From the NCBI GenBank assembly GCA_951406725.2, contig OX597820.1, forward strand, positions 100,316,001 through 100,380,000: a DNA stretch of 64,000 nucleotides, in the 5' to 3' direction. This document shows, piece after piece, positions 39,520 through 52,063 of the stretch (position 1 is its first letter; each line of letters starts with the position of its first letter). This DNA comes from Octopus vulgaris (taxonomy: Eukaryota). The notes under the pieces were generated by a model. That model was given only the letters and a program-made list of their open reading frames with translations, made no database searches and was not told the origin of the DNA. A program made the position numbers and the translations under genes.

Positions 39520-40020
39520 ATATGATTTTGATTTTGATTTTGATTTTTCCAGTTTCAGCTAATGAGCTGTGGCCATGCTGGGGCACCGCCATTTGGTTTG
39601 CTACACGATTTTACCTCACGGATGCTTTTTAGCAAACGCCATCTGATGCATGAGAGAGTTCGATGCAGCTGCCCTCATCTGCACCTCCTGCCGTGAAGTT
39701 GGTTCATCCGGGACACCTGACAGGAAGAGGTCCAGTCCTACTTTAAAGACATCCGCATCTACACCATGCAGGTCCCTCAGGTTCTTTGGGAGGATATTGA
39801 AGAGCTGTGGGCCTCTGAAGCCCAGGCTATCACAATATCTTGTCCTACATCTTGATGGCAAATTTGGAGTCCTTGGTACTACGCAGTGGCGCCCGGTTCT
39901 GGCATTTGTGTGACTCTCGATGCCAAAGTTTGGGACAAGTCCTTCCAGATATATATTATGGCATATCTTTCTCGCCTACGCTCCAGGGAATAGAGCTTTA
40001 ATCTCTTGAGTCTTTCCCAG
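39520..40020 (-). mobile_element. CR1/L2-group LINE 3' fragment with (AATCAA)n tail
   Basis: WERLKRLKLYSLERRRERYAIIY; FRGPQLFNILP; LDLFLSGVPDEP. Confidence 0.8.
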
Positions 40021-41855
40021 TATATTTACATATAATTGAATACACAAATAAAGGCATAAAGTATTCAATTTCTGTAGGAGAGTTTAATTCAGTTATTTGA
40101 AGCTGAGACCTCATTCTGTTTTTTCTCTTAGTTTCCAGTTGCTACTACGTTTCTCAAGGCAGCAACTGATCAGTGTCAGAGTGAAACTTCAGCATTGAAA
40201 AATGAAATCTTTAATGAGTGTCTGTGGTCGTGAACAGCAACAAAAGGACTCTGATGAGCCTGGCTGACTGATTGACTAATCAAACAATCAATTAATTAAT
40301 TGACTAAATGGTTAACTAATTGACTAATAATAAAAGGGAATGACCCTCAAGATTCAACAAAATCTGTTTCAACACACAATTTCACATCAAGAACCTTGCA
40401 AACCAATACAAAACAAAATAATTAGCTTTTGGTTTTCTAAAAATTCTACTTAATTTTGGATTGTTTTAACCCTTTAGTATTCAGTTTACTCTATCAAACA
40501 TAATTCTTATATATTTACATTATTTTGAATTACTTAGACATTGTCTTGTAGCTTTGAGATTTCAATGACTTTTTACTTTAGAAATGACATTGTAGGGTAG
40601 GTGTAAGAAGCCAGATCTGGTTAGTATAAACATAAAACTGAGAGAACATTTTGGCCTGATACAGCCGATTGAAATGCTGCGGGTAAATTTAGCATTTACT
40701 AAAAGATTCGTTTATGTTTTGCTTCTAGTTATAATTTGCCATTACCAATTGCCTCTGTTGTCTCAATTTCAATGTCAGTTAATTGAAAGGTATTACCTGC
40801 CATCATCAACTGACAACAGAATAGAAAGAGCAGAGGCAGATGACCTAAATGATTTCAAAAATATGAAAAGTCAAATAGAAGCAAATACTTCACTCCAGTA
40901 CATAATCCTACGAATACTGTTGTTGTCATTATTATCATCCATCTGTTTTCCATGCTGGCATGGGTTGGATAGTTTGACTGGAGCTGGTAAGGCCAAGGAA
41001 TGCACCAGGCTCCATTGTCTGTTCTGGCATGGTTTTTATTGCTGGATGCCCTTCATAACACCAAACACTCCCATCGTGTGTATTTAACCTTTTAGCATTC
41101 AGATTACTTTATCAAATGTAATGCTTTTTATATTCACATTGTTTTAAATTAATCATACATTATCTTGTAGCTTTCAGATTTTGATGATGTGATTATTTAG
41201 TTTTCAGAAAGTCATTGTAGGGTAGATGTGAGAAAGCAAATCTGTCCTGCTTGAACATAAAGCATGTAGAATATTGGGGTCAGATATGGTCAATTTAAAA
41301 GCTAATGGGTTAATACATAAACATTTACTGTTATTAAAATCATCATCATCATCGTTTAGCGTCCGCTTTCCATGCTGGCATGGGTTGGACGGTTCAACTG
41401 GGGTCTGGGAAGTCAGATGGCTGCATCAGGCCCAGTCTGATCTGGCAATGTTTCTACGGCTGGATGCACTTCCTAACGCCAACCACTCCATGAGTGTAGT
41501 GATGTGATCCAAAAATTAGAAGTGTAGAAAACCAAAATCTAATTGAAAACAATTCATTGTTCTGTGTGTTCTGTGTGTATTGGTTAGCTGAAGTTTTACA
41601 ACAGAATCCTTTCTTCTTGCAAATACATCAATATTTTTACCGACACTTATTTCAATGTCGAAACCAAATGGAACTCTCATAAATGATTGTAAAATCATCT
41701 CAATCAACATCCCATAAAGAGGTAAAAAAAAAATTATCATCAACAAATAATAATTTCATTAATATAGTTATATTTAGGCAGTGAAACAAATACAATTCAA
41801 AAGAATGTGTTCATATTTTGGTTGAAAATAATTTGATAGCTACTATTTTAAATAT

Positions 41856-42073
41856 TTAAAGAGAAAATATAATTCTGCGTTTTCTCTGTTCAGTCAGGTA
41901 ATTTTGCAGTTTCTCGTATCCTGTTTCCTCTACTGGGTAGTAGTGTTTTGGTGGTGAGCCTTCCCTTAAGCGTACGAAAAAATTGCAATATTTGTAATGT
42001 ACTACGCCATATCGAGGGCCTCTGTGTTTCCGCAAACCTTTCACAACTACACCTTTTGTTGCATTAGCATCAG
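41856..42073 (-). CDS. MRPL22: MRPL22 terminal coding exon (ADANATKGVVVKGLRKHRGPRYGVVHYKYCNFFVRLREGSPP...RRIIFSL*)
   Basis: Phase-1 acceptor tttcAG joins the previous exon in frame; YC..FV.L.EG.PP motif; TAA at 41856-41858. Confidence 0.95.
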
Positions 42074-42539
42074 CTGAAATTGAAAAAAGGAGAAAACTAC
42101 ATAAGAACTGTTAACACATTTTATGAAGCCATACATATTTACAGAACATTCTAAGTAAAATGCTTTGGGTAAAATTTTTACACAGATGATCAAATATTTA
42201 CATAGGTTCCTCAGTGAAATTTCAATTCAAACTAAGAATACTGGTTTAATTTCAACCTGCATAAGTATAATATTTTTTTTCCTGTTATCATAAATGAATT
42301 ATTTACCCTACACAATCAATACCATTGTAACATTCACTTTTCCATGCTTACATGGGTTGGACAGAGTTTACTGAGACAGATTTTCTATAGCTGGATGCCC
42401 TTCTGGTCACCATCTGTTTCCAAGGAAGGTAATATGTCCCCATAGCCAAACATGTTTATGCAGAAATGACTAATACTGTTTAAATGAAGGGACATTCATC
42501 TGTAACTACCATGTATTATCAACCCAAATATACGCACTC

Positions 42540-42563
42540 CTCTTATACGTGTATGTGTACATT

Positions 42564-42626
<63 letters not shown>

Positions 42627-42859
42627 ATTGAAGTATGAATATAGACATTTATATATGTATTTATTTATATGATATATGTGTTTGTGTGCGTATGTATATA
42701 TGTGTATAGGTTGATGTGCGTGTATATATATGTATATACATTTATTTGTGGGTGTGTGTATATATGTGTATGTGTATATATTGAGTATTGTATGTATGTA
42801 CATGTATGTGTGTGCATATGTGTATGTGTGTATATGTATGTATGTGTGTATATATATAT

Positions 42860-42903
<44 letters not shown>

Positions 42904-42935
42904 ATTTATATATATATGTATACGTATGTATAGTT
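42540..42935. repeat. (TA)n/(TG)n compound microsatellite; many others, e.g. 3010-3146, 8885-8975, 15690-15815 (GATA/GGAT)
   Basis: Direct reading. Confidence 0.95.
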
Positions 42936-44342
42936 ATACCGCAAATTTTGATAAGTATTTTAGAGTTTTTGATAATGATCACTAATTTTAGCTTATAATT
43001 ATAAGAGCATTGGGAAAGACTTTATAGTACGTTGAGGGGTTACTATAAAAAAAAACAACTTTTTTTTATATATTTATTAATCATATAAGATTTTTAGTGT
43101 ATATTTAATAATTAGTGGTTTTTAATCATTTAAATTATTTAATTTATTCTGTATTAAGTATTATTTATCATAGTTATTTCATTAATAAATCTTATAGTAT
43201 AGAGTGATTTTATTCTTTATTTGTGACTTCATTCTATTTACACTTATTGATAAACCATTAATGTTCCCATTCACAATCTTCATTGATAAAGCGTATTTGT
43301 TCCTCATGCTTAATGAATTCTTCAACAATTTATTCTTTTTTTGCTAATAACGTAATTCCACGAGTATTCTTATAAACGCTGTAAAGACGTTTTCCGATTC
43401 AAAATTTTAGCTCATTACAAAACCTCGCTAAGATAAGTATTTATTTATATTTAAGATCTTTAAATTGTAAATTTTAATATTTTATAAGTCTTTGGTGTAA
43501 TAATATTTTTCTTATGTAAATATCGTTGTTTATGTAATGATCTAATTATCGTAATTTTCTATATTATTAGATATTAAATTTAAGTTTATTTTCGTAAGAT
43601 ATTACTTAGCGATAGTTTTGTTGTTTGATAGTAAGTATACGAGTTGTCTAAAGTTAGGTTTATGTATATACATGTATTAATAGTATTAATTGTAGTTTTA
43701 AATTTCTTATAATTAAAATTAGATAAACTTAGATATGTTTCGACCAAAGATTGGTCGAGGCCATGTCTAACTTAATAGCATAACTTAGTTATTGTCTTTT
43801 TAAATTGATATTCGCTAGTTTATTCCCATTGATAAATATATTTATAGTATTTATTCGATACTATATAACTACGAATTGATTATTTCTATAAGTATTTTAA
43901 ATAAGATTTCCGAAAGTTCGTTTAAGTTTGTTTGTTTGTATTTTTGAAATTAGCTATTTCATCTTTAAATATGAAAAATTAATTTATTAGGTCTTTATTA
44001 TATGTGCATATATATTTATTTATAGAGATTATTTTAGATCTTAATTATAATATTTATATACATTTATATATTTTCATTGATAATTTATATATAATAGTCA
44101 TTTTTTTTAAATATTTATGTAATTAGATATAGACTATTACCGATATTAGATTATTGGTGGGTTTCTTACCTTAAAAATTAAAATTAATATTTAACATTAT
44201 AATTGATTTTGATATAATCATAATTGTTAAGTTTTAAGTTTCTAGTTTGATAATAGAGTTTATTATAAATAAAATTATTATATTATTTATATCTTAAAAA
44301 TATTGTTTAAATATTTCTGATTATTTTTAAAATATTTCAATT

Positions 44343-44437
44343 AACCTGAAAATTGACTGTAACCATAACTCGAATTATTAATGGAATTTAAATTATTGTT
44401 ATTCGAATTGGTACAGCCATGAAACGATCGTAGTGTT
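44343..44437 (+). ncRNA. Hammerhead-like motif with long stem II
   Basis: AAC-CTGAAAA-T-TGACTGTAACCA...TGGTACAGCCA-T-GAAAC-GATC-GTA-GTGTT; palindromic ACGATCGT; G8 position is A. Confidence 0.55.
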
Positions 44438-44546
44438 TTACTCTTTATCTTTTATTAAACTTTTAATACTTTTGATATTTATATATAAAAAATTAAAAAA
44501 ATAAATTAATTAATTAATAAATAAAATAATATATAAATATAAAAAT

Positions 44547-44590
<44 letters not shown>

Positions 44591-44592
44591 AT

Positions 44593-45059
44593 ATACAAGA
44601 TAAGAAAATGGAGAAATACATCTAAATCAAATATCAATTACCAGATAATACTCGATCACATACTTTATTAAACCACCACATAAGAGACTGTAGGGTTAAA
44701 CATAAAAAAGCAGAACAAATCAGTGTACATAAAGGAATGTACATAAAAAAAGTGTACATAAAAGAGTAATGTTGTATAATAAGTAGAATATATATAAAAA
44801 AGAGAATATAAATATAAGTAAATATAAATATAAATATAAGTATATTATATTCTCTTTTTTATATATATTCTACTTATACAACATTACTCTTTTATGTACA
44901 CTTTTTTATGTACATTCCTTTATGTACACTGATTTGTTCTGCTTTTTTATGTTTAACCCTACAGTCTCTTATGTGGTGGTTTAATAAAGTATGTGATTGA
45001 GTATTATCTGGTAATTGATATTTGATTTAGATGTATTTCTCCATTTTCTTATCTTGTAT
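44593..45059. repeat. Long inverted repeat, ~220-bp arms, ~30-nt AT spacer, in the last MRPL22 intron
   Basis: ATACAAGATAAGAAAATGGAG...GAGAATATAA mirrored by TTATATTCTC...CTCCATTTTCTTATCTTGTAT. Confidence 0.93.
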
Positions 45060-45185
45060 TAGTAATTTGTGGTAAATCATTTTACCTTTGCCCATATAAT
45101 ACAGTAAATGAATTGATTGCATCGCAATCCTTAACATTTATGTATTAACTTTGTTGGGTACTTCACTAGCAGAATATTGGATATA

Positions 45186-45692
45186 TGTTGACATGGAGAA
45201 AGCCTTCAACAGGGTTCCCCGATCCCTTATCTGGTGGTCAATGAGGAAACTAGGGATAGATGAATGGTTAGTTAGAGCTGTGCGAGCCATGTACAGAGAC
45301 GCTGCTAGTAAGGTGAGGGTTGGCAACGAGTACAGTGAAGAATTCCGGGTAGAGGTTGGGGTCCACCAAGGTTCAGTCCTCAGTCCCCTCCTATTTATCA
45401 TAGTCCTCCAGGCAATAACGGAGGAATTCAAGACAGGATGCCCCTGGGAGCTCCTCTATGCTGATGATCTTGCTCTAATTGCTGAGTCATTATCAGAACT
45501 GGAGGAGAAGTTTCAGGTGTGGAAGCAAGGTCTAGAATCGAAGGGCCTCAAAATCAATCTAGCCAAAACCAAAGTCCTAATAAGTAGGAAAGTAGACAAG
45601 TCACAAACGCCTTCAGGTAGATGGCCCTGCTCGATCTGTAAAAAAGGTGTAGGTAGAAACTCTATAAGATGCACCAAGTGCAAGCTATGGAC
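45186..45692 (+). mobile_element. RTE-clade LINE reverse transcriptase fragment with Cys-rich insertion
   Basis: DMEKAFNRVPR, GVHQGSVLSPLLF, LLYADDL, then WPCSICKKGVGRNSIRCTKCKLW. Confidence 0.92.
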
Positions 45693-45789
45693 ACTCATCC
45701 AGCTCAAATGCAGTCAGGCGGAAAATACACTCCTTAACTATGCACTAAAAAGCTTTTTAAAATATCCACATGATGTCTACTGACCAGCC

Positions 45790-46283
45790 TGAACAATAAG
45801 AATTTTCAACAATGCTATTTTCGAAAACTCCATACACCACCCACACCATCATTCATTCTAAACATTCACGTGACCTCTCTATTATGACCACATCCACATG
45901 ACCTCTTTATTATGACCAATAAGAAATTTTAAGCGCGACACTAGCCAAATTTTAACATCTCTGGAGCCTATTTTCTTACCCCAACACCAACTTCCATTCA
46001 AACATTCACGTGACCCCTTTATAATGACCAATCAAAATTGTATTGACCATTGTCCACAAGAAATCTTAGGCGCAAAACCAAGCAAATCTTAAACAACTCT
46101 GGAGCCTCTTTTTTCACATATAAGAGACAGCAAACTCAACATAAAGTCAGATAAGAGAAAAAAAATCTCAGAAAGGAACTCTATCTCTCTTAAAAAAATA
46201 TCTTTTGATAAGCATAACAAATGCGCAACCGGTAAAAAGAACTTTCACCTAATTAAATTATTTTGTCAGCATTTTCTTCATTT

Positions 46284-46290
<7 letters not shown>
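45790..46290 (+). mobile_element. Probable Penelope-like 3' end (pseudo-LTR): duplicated CACGTGACC/TGACCAAT block, TATAA at ~46118, hammerhead-like motif, then (TA)n
   Basis: Two ~140-bp direct repeats (~45860-45975 and ~46000-46115); same layout as the PLE end at 4880-5800. Confidence 0.5.
46201..46240 (+). ncRNA. Minimal hammerhead-like motif, probably inactivated (GCAAC instead of GAAAC)
   Basis: TCTT-TTGATAA-GCAT-aacaa-ATGC-GCAAC-CG-GTA-AAAAGA. Confidence 0.5.
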
Positions 46291-46324
<34 letters not shown>

Positions 46325-47149
46325 TTAGTGTCTGTGTTTGTCTCCCACCACCACTTGGTGTGCTTTTGTACCTGGCTTAAAAATATGTACCAGGGTCAAT
46401 TTCATTCAACTAAAAATTCTTCAAGGCAGGGCCCCAGCATGGTCACAGTCTTATGACTGAAACAAGTAAAAGTTAAAAAATAAATTGAAATTTCCAAATG
46501 TATATTTTCTGTTAATCCCAAGCCGCTCTGTAAGTTGTTGATATTTTGCATCCGTCTCAATAACATTCAAACGCAGATATTGTGTGTGTGTGTGTGTGTC
46601 TCTCTCTCTCTCTTTCCCTCTCACTTGCCACGCATATACATACACAAACAGGTACAATGTAAATATATTTCGAGCACAAGCCAGCTCACAACAACAATAA
46701 TCATTCAATCAATTAAATAAAGCTAAATGCTAATCTGCTATGCTACTAATTCCAGTAATCCAAGTGTCATTATAAAGGGATGCCATTATCAACTTCAGGC
46801 AGTAATAGACTATTGAACAGGTGTTGAGAGAGATAAAGACGTAAAGCAGTTTTTGTTCATAATTTGTATTAGTGCCAACTGCTGTTACAGGTGACGAACA
46901 CTTCCCCCATTGCAATAAAATAGAGACATGGTGGTAGAGTGGTTAAAGTGCTCTATCATAGGGTCCTTTACTACAAGTTCAAATCTGTTACAAGGAATGT
47001 TGCTCTGCGAGTTAACTTGTTTTTGTTTTTTCTTACGCATATTCTTTTATTGTTTACTTATTTCAGTCATTGACCGGAAGCCATACTGGGGAACCACCTT
47101 AAAGGGTTTAGTTGAAGAAACTAACCCTAACTTTTAAGTCAGATACTTG

Positions 47150-47820
47150 GTATCTTGGCATCACTCAGCAAGACTTTTGTTAGCCACTCTCCAGCCATCT
47201 ATTTAAAGCTGTATACAGCTATGGTACGACCACACTTGGAATTCGCATCATCAGTTTGGAACCCCTATCTTGCTCAGAACATTGACCTCCTGGAATCTGT
47301 TTAGAGACATGCAGCCAAACGCATACCCTCCATCAGATACCTACCATACTCTGAGCGCCTTGTTTCCCTGGGCATGGATTCACTGAAGCTCCAGTGTCTG
47401 GTGATGGACTTGGTAAACACCCACAAAGTTATCAACCACCTCACCAACAACAACACTGAACACCTTTTTGATCTCCATGTGTCCAACACACGTGGACATG
47501 CCTACAAAGTCAGAAAACAACACAGCTCCCATGACTTTCGGAAACATTTTTTCACGCTCAGAGTTGCTGAAGCATGGAACAAACTGCCTGCGTCAGTTGT
47601 TGACTGCCATGACACTGCATCCTTTAAGGCCCTCATGCTTTCCGAAATCTGCCAAAACTACACCAGATTGGCCCCCTTCCATACTCATACACATATGTGT
47701 ATGTCATGACTCATGCACTGTTCTTTTCCTGATGCTTGTACATTACCCTATGTACTATACATACACTTTAGATTAGTTGTAGTGCACCTGAGCACTGTAC
47801 ACAATGTATTATTATTATTA
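47150..47820 (+). mobile_element. CR1-like LINE 3' fragment
   Basis: MVRPHLEFASSVWNPY, NTRGHAYKV, FFTLRVAEAWNKLP; (TTA)n tail. Confidence 0.85.
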
Positions 47821-48174
47821 TTTTTTCTATTGGTCTCCGTTGCTGAACCACTAAGTTACAGGAATGTAAACAAACCAACACCAGTTGATAAGCAGTGGCA
47901 GAGACAAACACACACATGCATACACATACACACATATATACATACACACACACATATACATACACACACACACACATGATGGGCTTCCACATTGTTTCTT
48001 TCTATCAAATTCGCTCAAAAGACAATGATTATCTGGGGCTGTAATCAAAGAAACTTGCCCAACATGCTGTGCAGTGAAGCCAAAGCCTAGCAACATGAGC
48101 TTTTTAACCATACTGCACCTATATTGGTGGTGGTGGTGATGATGATGATGATGATGATTATTATTATTGTTAAG

Positions 48175-48860
48175 GAGGCGAGCTGGCAGAATCGTTAGCA
48201 TGTCAGGTGAAATGCTTAGTGGCATTTCGTCCATCTTCACATTCATCATCATCATCATCATCGTTTAACGTCCGCTTTCCATGCTGGCATGGGTTGGACT
48301 GTGCAACTGGGGTCTGGGAAGCCAGAAGGCTGCACCAGGCCCAGTCTGATCTGGCAATGTTTCTACGGCTGGATGCCCTTCCTAACGCCAACCACTCAGT
48401 GAGTGTAGTGGGTGGTTTTTACGTGCCACCGGCACAGGTGCCAGACGGGACTGGCAAACGGCCACGATCGGATGGTGCTTTTTACGTGCCACCAGTACAA
48501 ATCCCACCAAGGTCAACTTTGCGTTTTGTCCTTTTGGGGGGTCAATAAAATAAGTATCAGTTGAGTACTGTGGTCAATGCAATCAACTTACTCCTTCCCC
48601 AAAATTGCTGGCCTGGTGCCAAAATTTGAAATCATCATCATCACCATCAAAGCAGCAAGCTGACAAAATCATTAGTATGCCAGGCAAAATGTTTAGTGGC
48701 ATTTCGTGCATCATTACATTCTGAGATCAAAAACTGCCGTGGTTAACTTCTCTTTTTTCAGGGTCGATAAAATAAATACCAGTAAAGCACTAGGGTCGAT
48801 GTAATTGACTTACTCCTTCCTCCAAAATTGCTGGCCTTGTGGCAAAATTTGAAATCATTA
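48175..48860 (+). mobile_element. Two tandem SINE family C copies, the first interrupted by a (CAT)n-bounded repeat (48243-48497); other copies ~12580-12790, 25170-25315, 27855-28045 (-)
   Basis: GGCGAGCTGGCAGAATCGTTAGC head; GGGGTCGATAAAATAAGTACC central domain resembling the Nin/Deu SINE domain. Confidence 0.7.
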
Positions 48861-49591
48861 TTATTATTACCTATGTAAGAACAGACATGGCTCTGTGACT
48901 AAGAAACTTTCTTTGCAACCACATAGTATAAGGTTCAGTCCCACTGCATGACATCTTGGGGCAAGTGTCTTCTACTAGAGCCCCAGGCCAACCAATACCT
49001 TGTAAGGTAATAACTAATATAATTGTCTCTGGAAAGGAACACAACAACTATTTCCAGCTAACGTATAATTTTGACCATTGTTTCTTATATAGAATTGCAG
49101 GATGCCACCTGAGTTGTAAACTTGGAGGAGAACAACAATAACTACCAGCATTATCATTGTAATCATTGTTATCATCATACCAGTTGTTTTCTCATGCTGG
49201 CATTTGTCCCTGTGTATCTTGCCACATGTTACAGCCCTTCATCATCTGACACAGCAACATGAAAACCAGGCCAAATTTGTTGTTTACCAGGTTATTTTGG
49301 TCGTAATTTTTACCATCTGGAGGCACTTTCTATCACAGACCATTTTAACGGGTCATATCCAGACCAAATATTCTACCTGTTTTATGACTAAACCAGCTAT
49401 ATCCAGCCTCTCACATCCACTCTATAATGTCTATTATTCTAAATAAATAAACAACCACGTTACCAAAATCTTGAAGCTATGAGACTGCATGATTAATTCA
49501 CAAACAATGAGAATAAATAAGCAATACATTCTACAGAGTAATTTGAATGTTAAAGAGTAAAAACTCAGACAAAGTGCATTTTATTATGGCA

Positions 49592-49973
49592 CTAGCAGTA
49601 TCGCCCGGCGTTGCTCGGGTTTGTAAGGGAAATAACTATAAAGCATTTTTAGATAGTTATAGCCAAAATATAGCAAAAAAATGGGAAAAAAATTATGGTA
49701 AATTTTTTTTAGAGTTAAAAAGGTGGAGTTGCGTTCCCTAGACAGTCTGTGGTTTGTGTTTCTGATTCTCGACCCCATGTCGAATTTATCGATTTTTTCA
49801 GAACTGGGGGAACTTTTCAAAATTTTCGCTGCGTTAGTTTTGAATTATGACATTGGGCTATGTGTGTGTCAAGTTTCATCAGAATCGGTTGAAAGCCGTG
49901 GTCAGAGTGAGGGTACAACCAAACAGACACACAGAAACACACACAGACAAACTGCCGTTTATATAGAGAGAGA
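49592..49973 (-). mobile_element. Non-autonomous Helitron
   Basis: Minus strand starts A|TC, ends CTAG|T, with subterminal hairpin CCCGAGCAACGCCGGG and internal (TGTC)-type repeat. Confidence 0.8.
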
Positions 49974-51993
49974 TAAACACTAAAGAAATTGTTGCCAACA
50001 AAACTAAAGAGTCAGCACTATATCTCTACTCATTTCTTCCTGCTTGTCATGGTGCTTATAGCTGTGTTGCTGAATGGTATTCCTTATCACCAAACTTTTC
50101 ACAGCATGGGTTGTTTGCATTTTATAATGCTCATGCAAGCATTTTGAAGCAGTTGTTTTAATAAGTGATGCTCTTTTGTTCTTCAAGATTATTAATTCAG
50201 GACTGACCAAGTTTGTTGACCCAAGCTAACTAATTGCATTCACTCCAATAGCAGCCATGTGCATATAGTAATACAGCACTTTACAAGGACCTGCTTTACG
50301 AGACACTGGGTTTATGAGTTCTGTTTTTCAAGTGCAAGATCCAAATTTTGAATGACATGAAAAAGTTTCTAGTACCATAACAAATGTTTCTGTATGTTAC
50401 CAACAAATTTATAGAGAGCGAAAAAAAACTTCTTCTAAGCAAACAACACTAAACTTGTCTACAAGTGCTCATGAATCAGTAAATGCGTCTACAAGTGATG
50501 GTGTGTACAAGTCTAGTGCGAGTGAAAGTGATTCAGAAAACGATTAATAATATTTTTAATTATGAGTGATCTTGACATTCTTTTTACTTTACATAAAATA
50601 CTCATTCCATTCTACTGTTGTTTTATTGCCATTCATTTACAAGTATTATAAATTTTATAAGAAAGATATTATTCTGGAAATGAATTACAATTTATAACAT
50701 TGCTACCATGGGAAATTATTGCTCTGCTTTATGAGTTTCCACCATATGAGTGGTCTCCAGGAACAAATTAACTCAAAACATTACTGTGCATTCTTTTAGT
50801 AGTGGTGGTGAGGGCTCAAAACCTAGTCTCTAATACAGCATCCCAGAAAACTGCCTTCATCTTTATGCATCATGTCTAGCCCTTAATCACCTTCTTAAAA
50901 AATCTCACTTGTACTTCTTAAAGTTTAGCTACACTTATTTATCTAGGATGTCTGAATTTCCAGAACATGCAACAGAATTATCTTACAATTAATTAACTTA
51001 TTATTTCTTGATTGCAATAAGTTACCTGATAAATAAGTATCATGTATCAGGTGCTATCAATAATCTGAATAACAAATATCACTTTTACAAGTTGAATTTT
51101 TAATTCAAACTACAAGTGAAAGTTCAGTTATAATAGCCTGATAATAAATTTTATAAAACCAAATAAACACCATTTTTATTTAATAACCTAAATATATAAT
51201 TATCTATTTTGCTGTCACTGATCATTATCATCATCATTTAACATCCGTTTTCCATGCTAGCGCGGGTTGGATGGTTCGACCGGGGTCTGGGAAGCCAGGA
51301 GGCTGCACCAGGCTCCAGTCTGATCTGCCAGTGTTTCTACAGCTGGATGCCCTTCTTAACGCCAACCACTCCGTGAGTGTAGTGGGTGCTTTTTATGTAC
51401 CACCAACACAGATGCCAGGGGAGGCTGGCAGCGGCCACGATCAGTTGGTGGTTTTTACGTGCCACCGACACAGAAGCCAGTCAAGGCAGCGCTGGCATCG
51501 GCCACGTTCGGATGGTGCTTTTTACGTGCCACCGGCACAGGTATCACAACTACAATTTCCATTTGATATTTATTTTGATGTTGATGTACCTAAAATATAA
51601 ACGGAAGCAGGCATAATGATAAAAGGTAAAAAGAGATCAATAAATTCATTATATCATTTATAAAGTCTCATGCTAAAATTAAATGAATGCCTACTAGTAA
51701 TTTGTTGTTGTTGTTTTTTGGGGTTTTTTAGACATTTAATAAATACAAAAGTACAGTATATTGACCCAACTGAAACTGTTTATGTTTCCTGAAGACAAAC
51801 AAATTAAAACAATATTATTATTGGATTCAAATCATCTTAAAAAATGATTAACACTCTAACCCAAGACATAAATACTAGATAGGTTGTTTCTAGAATAAGC
51901 ACAGACTTTAGTTATTTTATTCAAACACTGTTTGTGCAGAAACTGATGTAAAGAAGAAGAAAAAAATCATTGTTGATAAACAATCGCTCTCAC

Positions 51994-52063
51994 CTATCCA
52001 TAAATTAGATTTGAATTCAACTCCATGCTCAAGGATGGCCATTTCCTGAGCTTCTAAAAGAAC
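51994..52063 (-). CDS. MRPL22: MRPL22 exon, 70 bp (VLLEAQEMAILEHGVEFKSNLWI)
   Basis: VLLEAQ.MA...H.VEF.SNL.I motif; ctgcAG / GTGAGA. Confidence 0.95.

Noticed and set aside
40248-40270. CTGATGA-GCC-T-GGC hammerhead half-core
   Set aside because: No GAAA or stem III; runs into a TGAC/TAAT repeat
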